From contig NC_135770.1 of assembly GCF_052425735.1 (NCBI RefSeq), positions 8,804,001 through 8,868,000 of the forward strand: a stretch of DNA of 64,000 bases. The letters are read 5' to 3'. Position 1 is the first letter of the stretch. Every line of letters starts with the position of its first letter. The notes beneath the pieces were generated by a model. The model was given only the letters and a program-made list of their open reading frames with translations, was not told where the DNA came from and made no database searches. Below are positions 59,402 through 64,000 of this stretch, one piece after another. Source of the stretch: Oculina patagonica. Its lineage: Eukaryota. Made by a program: the position numbers and the translations under genes.

Positions 59402-60346
59402 AGTTATTCCAGCAACGCAAATTTCCGAGATTTCTTTTACAACAGATTGCATAATTATATAATGAATTGTATATACAATGAATTGAATTTACTTAACCAA
59501 TATTTTCTAATCTGACAAATTATCCTATATAAAATACAATGTGATCATTAAATCAAAGGTTTATATAACCATTGCTATTTCTATATTACGACTGTTATAC
59601 AAGTTTATCGTATAACAATGTTGCTTCGAGGGCATTTTCTTTCCTTATGGGAGAGAATGAGCCGTGAGAGAGCCCTGGGAACGAAAATTGTTCTGCTATC
59701 GAGCAACCGGCTCGCCTAATAGTACTGATTTCATTAGTTCTTGTTCAATGCTGAAGCTCGTAACGTGCTATTAAATTTTATTTGTGTGTTATTTTTGTTT
59801 GACAAAGTATCCTATTATGGCTTATGTAATAGTTCGTTATAAATGTGTAATGATTATTTATGTTATGTAACGATTCAATTTAAATAATGTAACGCATTTT
59901 CAATTATGTATTGACTCAATTTCACAATTTAAATTATATTAAGGCTCGATTTAAAAATATAATTATTATTTATGCTGTGTAATGGTTCGATTTAAATAAT
60001 GTAACGCAATTTCAATTATATAATGTCTCAATGGCACAATTTCAATTAATTTATGTTACGGCTTAATTTAAATTTTATGGTAATCGAAAAGTTCTAAAAT
60101 GAACAACAGTATTTAAATTATTACTATTTTTATTGAAAATTAACGTATTTTTCTACACCATGACTTTTTTCAATAAACGTAGCTCACTGTTGTTAGAGAT
60201 CTGCCTTGTTTTTGCGATGCAGTAAAATTCCGATTATAAGTGCAGAACTTAATTCCGTCAAAAATACTCCGCTGTGCGTCGTATTTTCAACTCTCTTCTT
60301 GATCGGTGTTTTGATATCCCGATGAAACACTCACTCGTGTTTGATA

Positions 60347-60520
60347 GTTGAACCCCGCTAATTCTAACTCGGTTATTTCGAATTCCCCGTTTTTTCGAAT
60401 TCAAACCCAATTGGATTTGCCCTTCAGTCATTTACTATCGGCTATTTCGAACTCCCGCTAATTAAATTCAAACTATTTTTTTGTTTCCCCTGACGGTTCG
60501 AAATAACGGGGTTCAACTGT
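60347..60520. mobile_element. pogo-type MITE
   Basis: agttgaaccccgctaattc ... gaaataacggggttcaactgta. Confidence 0.6.
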
Positions 60521-60628
60521 ATTACATCAGAACCAATACAACTCACTGAGTTATGAGTACATTCTGCCGTACCTCCGAAAGCGGTGACCATGTTAACGGC
60601 GGAGACATTGTCACGTGATGAGCTGTGT

Positions 60629-62006
60629 CTAAAAGTACTGAAATTTACCTCCTAGAAAAACTCTCATTGAGCAGGACATTACACGATATTGGCGTCCATC
60701 TTTACGTAGGACAGCGCTAGTTGGAAAAAGTATTTTAGTTACGACATTCCATTCATCCTTGTCAGGGTCATAGCATTCAATTCCTCCCCTTTCTCCCCAG
60801 TTGCACCACGCACAGTCCACCATATAAACTTTGTCATCAACACACATGATTCTGCCATCAAGAATTGTCTTTGGTTTTCCTATTAATTGCCATTCATTTG
60901 TTATTTCGCTGTACACTTCACATATCACACGAGGATCGCCAGTGCGGTTTGTCTTCCTTCCACCAACAATGAAAATTTTCTCGTGTGAGGCGGTTCCGTA
61001 AGCATTATATCTTGCTTCTTGAAGATTAGCCAGTTTCTCCCATTTTCCTTTGCTGAGATCATACCTGTCTACATCGGCCAAGGCTTTGTGTTGTCCTTCA
61101 TTGAGGCCACCAATGAAATAAATAAAATTGTCTTTTGCGACAATGCAAATTCCTACCCTCAAACCTGAATCAAATGATAATACGTCTTCCCACGATTTCG
61201 ATTCGGGTTTGTACTTCGTAATGTACGAAATATGCTGTTTTCCACAAGGAATAAACTGTGACACTCCCCCGCACCGATCGTAAGAACTCAAAGAAGCACA
61301 ATCAGGACAAGACATTCTACTCCCGGGAATTTGCCTTTCTGATTCCAGTGCGTAAATTCCATCTACATTGTTATCACTGACAAAAATTTGCTCTAAATGT
61401 CTCTTTCCTTCGTACGGTACGTCCGTCCACCGATCAAACAATTTACCAAGGCAAAATATATAGTTTTCATAGGGACGCGTCTGAATCGTCCATCGAAAGA
61501 AAGTATACCAGGTATACACTGTGCCGTGATAGGATACCATTTGCTTCAACCACGGTGAAGTGTCCTTCAACTTGAACCACGGTGAAGTTTCACTCAACTT
61601 GTACCACGCATTTGTACTTGGATCATAACACAGGAGTTGTTTTTTTCCCCCTCGCTTTAGGCATACTACTATCACAGGAGTCTCAAGAGACTTCCTGGGA
61701 GACGGGACCGAGATATTTTCAGAATTATTTGAGTCAATTGCCTTCATAACTTCCTTTACAACAGTGAGACAGCATACATTATCGTTCACAAGATCATTTG
61801 TCACGATATCATTGAATAGATAGTCACGCGATACATAAACAAGCCGAACCTGACGAAATAAATCGTTGAAATACTTCTCTCGCTCGCTTTTGTTGTGATC
61901 GATCCAAGTTAGAATGATCTTAAACACATCTTCCTCTGCGCTAACAACTATTTCGTCACTTGAAATCCATTTGTTAACTTCCTCGCTCGACATGTTCAAC
62001 AAGCAG
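60629..62006 (-). CDS. Kelch-like protein (C-terminal BACK half plus Kelch repeats); BTB domain not visible
   Basis: LNMSSEEVNKWISSDEIVVSAEEDVFKIILTWIDHN...LFRQVRL (BACK); IYFIGG, VDRYD...WEKLANLQEARY, IFIVGG, IECYDPDKDEW (Kelch). The frame begins at an acceptor-like tttttgaaatag at 62007; first ATG at 61993. Confidence 0.8.
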
Positions 62007-63547
62007 CTATTTCAAAAAGAAATAGTGTTTCGTTTCCAGATTGCGGAAGGGTGAGAATAATGTAACACTAAGGAGAGATGGGTTTGTGGTTTACTTTAAT
62101 TTGGAGAAGGTCCTAGTGTATGTTGAATTTGCCGAATTTATGCACGAGTGAAGAATGAAAAGAAGAACTTCATATTCAGTTTAACACCTACTGTCCATTT
62201 TATGTAAAGGAGACGTAAACTACGTCCTGATGCAGTTTGGCTTTCAAGAGTTCAAGTAACACACAAATATTTCTCTTTATAGAAATAGCATGTGTCTTTC
62301 TCTCCAAATTAAGTTAAGTGAAAGAAGCTTGTCTTTATCGTTTTTACTCATCCAGTGAAAATTAAAATGATTGTTTTTATTTCTGCAGAACACTTTTTAC
62401 TTAAAAATGGCACCTGATAGCATAACTTTGAATGTTACATGAATGGAAAAATAACTTACAGAAAATATTTAAATATATTCCTATCAATGTCGGGAATGGT
62501 TTATTTTTTAAAACAAACAATCCTAAAACAAATCAGTCCCATAAATAAAGTGTTTTGTGACTACTGATCTCTGATAAAATCCAAAACAACACTTTAATCG
62601 TAGATTAAATTATTACCTTTTGACAAAAAGCTTGAGGTATATACTTCTCTGAGTTGATCACATGCTCAAATCAAATAAATGCCAAATTCAAGACAAACCA
62701 TAACCCCGGTCGACAACAACAGAGATAAGCACACTGTTTCGAAGCCATTTCTTCAAAATCAAATGCCTGTTGTCACTTTACAAAGACACGTAAACAACCA
62801 GGGCAAATTAATGTAAAAAAGCTACCATACACAGATTTTTAACCGGGATTTTTAATTAAGCAAAATTCAAGTTTAAAGAAAGTTTATGTTATATGTTATA
62901 TATAGTCATACCAGGATTGTATTTTGGTCGATCCGCGCTGCACGCTCTCCCGGCAAATATAAAATTATCTCCACAGAATAAGAGCTAATAAGACACAGCC
63001 AAGTTGCTTCTGTTGTCAGTGTAACACTGATAATAACGATTTGCATTTTTGGCGATACTGTGGAGTTTCGATCAGACCGCGATGGCTTTGAATAATCCAA
63101 ATAATGTTTATATCAATAATTTAATCTCAGAAATCTGCTCCAGCAGTTGCAACGGTAGTTAATGTTGAGCGTTACATCAACTAAGGAGACGAATTTAGTT
63201 CGACACGGCAGTTGCACACCTTGCTATACGATACTGTCCATACAAAATTTAAACTTTGAACAGAACTTGACTGTCTTCTTTTTCGTTCTCAACTTTCCGT
63301 GCAGACTCGAATGTTTTTGCGACGCACGTGACACTGATCACGCAATTCCGGGTACATCCACGCGAGAACCCACGCAATTTTGCGTGTATTCGCGCTGTTT
63401 GTGACGTCGACGATGCCGTGAATTTTCTTGTACAAATAGAATAGGGCAATTTCCCACATTTATACATTCCTCTGTTACATGAAGTGAAATTAACTTTGTA
63501 ACTCGCCTGTAAATATGCACTTCTCTTTGTAGTGCACTTAAGCTCTA

Positions 63548-64000
63548 CCGTGCGAGCAAACTCGAGTCATCCCGTTTTTCTTTGCGCTTGCAAACACTGG
63601 TTGGTGGAAATTTACTTCCGTTTCAGAATAATATTAAACGCTACGAGAGCTTTCTCTAGTTTTCTTACAATACATCGCTTTAATCAAACTTAAAACAATT
63701 TCAGTCGTTAGATGTTTCTGTTTGGAACGAATCTCAATATTTTTGGTCATGCTGAGGAATAATATTATATTTCCGATATTTAAAGAACATGTTTTTACGA
63801 AATTAATTGCCATCGGTCATACGTATTTACTTTGTGGTTACGACCGTTCTTGTGATTGGATAGCAGCCACCCGTGCGAGCAAACACGACAAGTCATCCCG
63901 TTTTTGTTTGCGCTTTCAAACACTGATTGGTGGAAATTTACTTCCGTTTCAGAAAATCGCTAGAATGTTTACTTAACAATTAAACGCTACGAGAGCTTTC
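63548..64000. repeat. Direct repeat with ~322-bp period, running off the window end
   Basis: ccgtgcgagcaaac...gtcatcccgttttt...ggtggaaatttacttccgtttcagaa...ttaaacgctacgagagctttc at 63548-63655 and 63870-64000. Confidence 0.75.

Overview
Eukaryotic, AT-rich, intron- and MITE-rich genomic DNA. The repeat landscape and gene families (126-bp TPR arrays, intronless orphan GPCR arrays, BACK-Kelch genes) suggest a scleractinian coral or related anthozoan (inference). Genes in order: the 3' part of a TPR-repeat protein (+); a carbohydrate 6-O-sulfotransferase (+); a 4-exon SLIRP-like RRM gene (-); and a complete 21-exon, 606-aa ABCD4 lysosomal cobalamin transporter gene (+, 14505-59401), head-to-head with SLIRP across 114 bp; then a convergent BACK-Kelch gene lacking a visible BTB domain (-). 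The ORF track misses SLIRP and ABCD4; I reconstructed both by hand from GT-AG sites and reading phase. The main finding is ABCD4 intron 12 (26.5 kb, between the TMD/linker exons and the NBD exons), which hosts five closely related orphan class A GPCR genes, three antisense and two sense. The cluster shows a ~3.5-3.9 kb inverted duplication, a perfect 72-bp foldback at a duplication breakpoint, mosaic ligand-pocket sequences, eroding C-tails and an upstream-ATG frame switch. Also present: a candidate minimal hammerhead ribozyme, triple-nested hairpin elements, nested DNA transposons, tRNA-derived SINEs and minisatellites. All calls are by eye; no searches were run.
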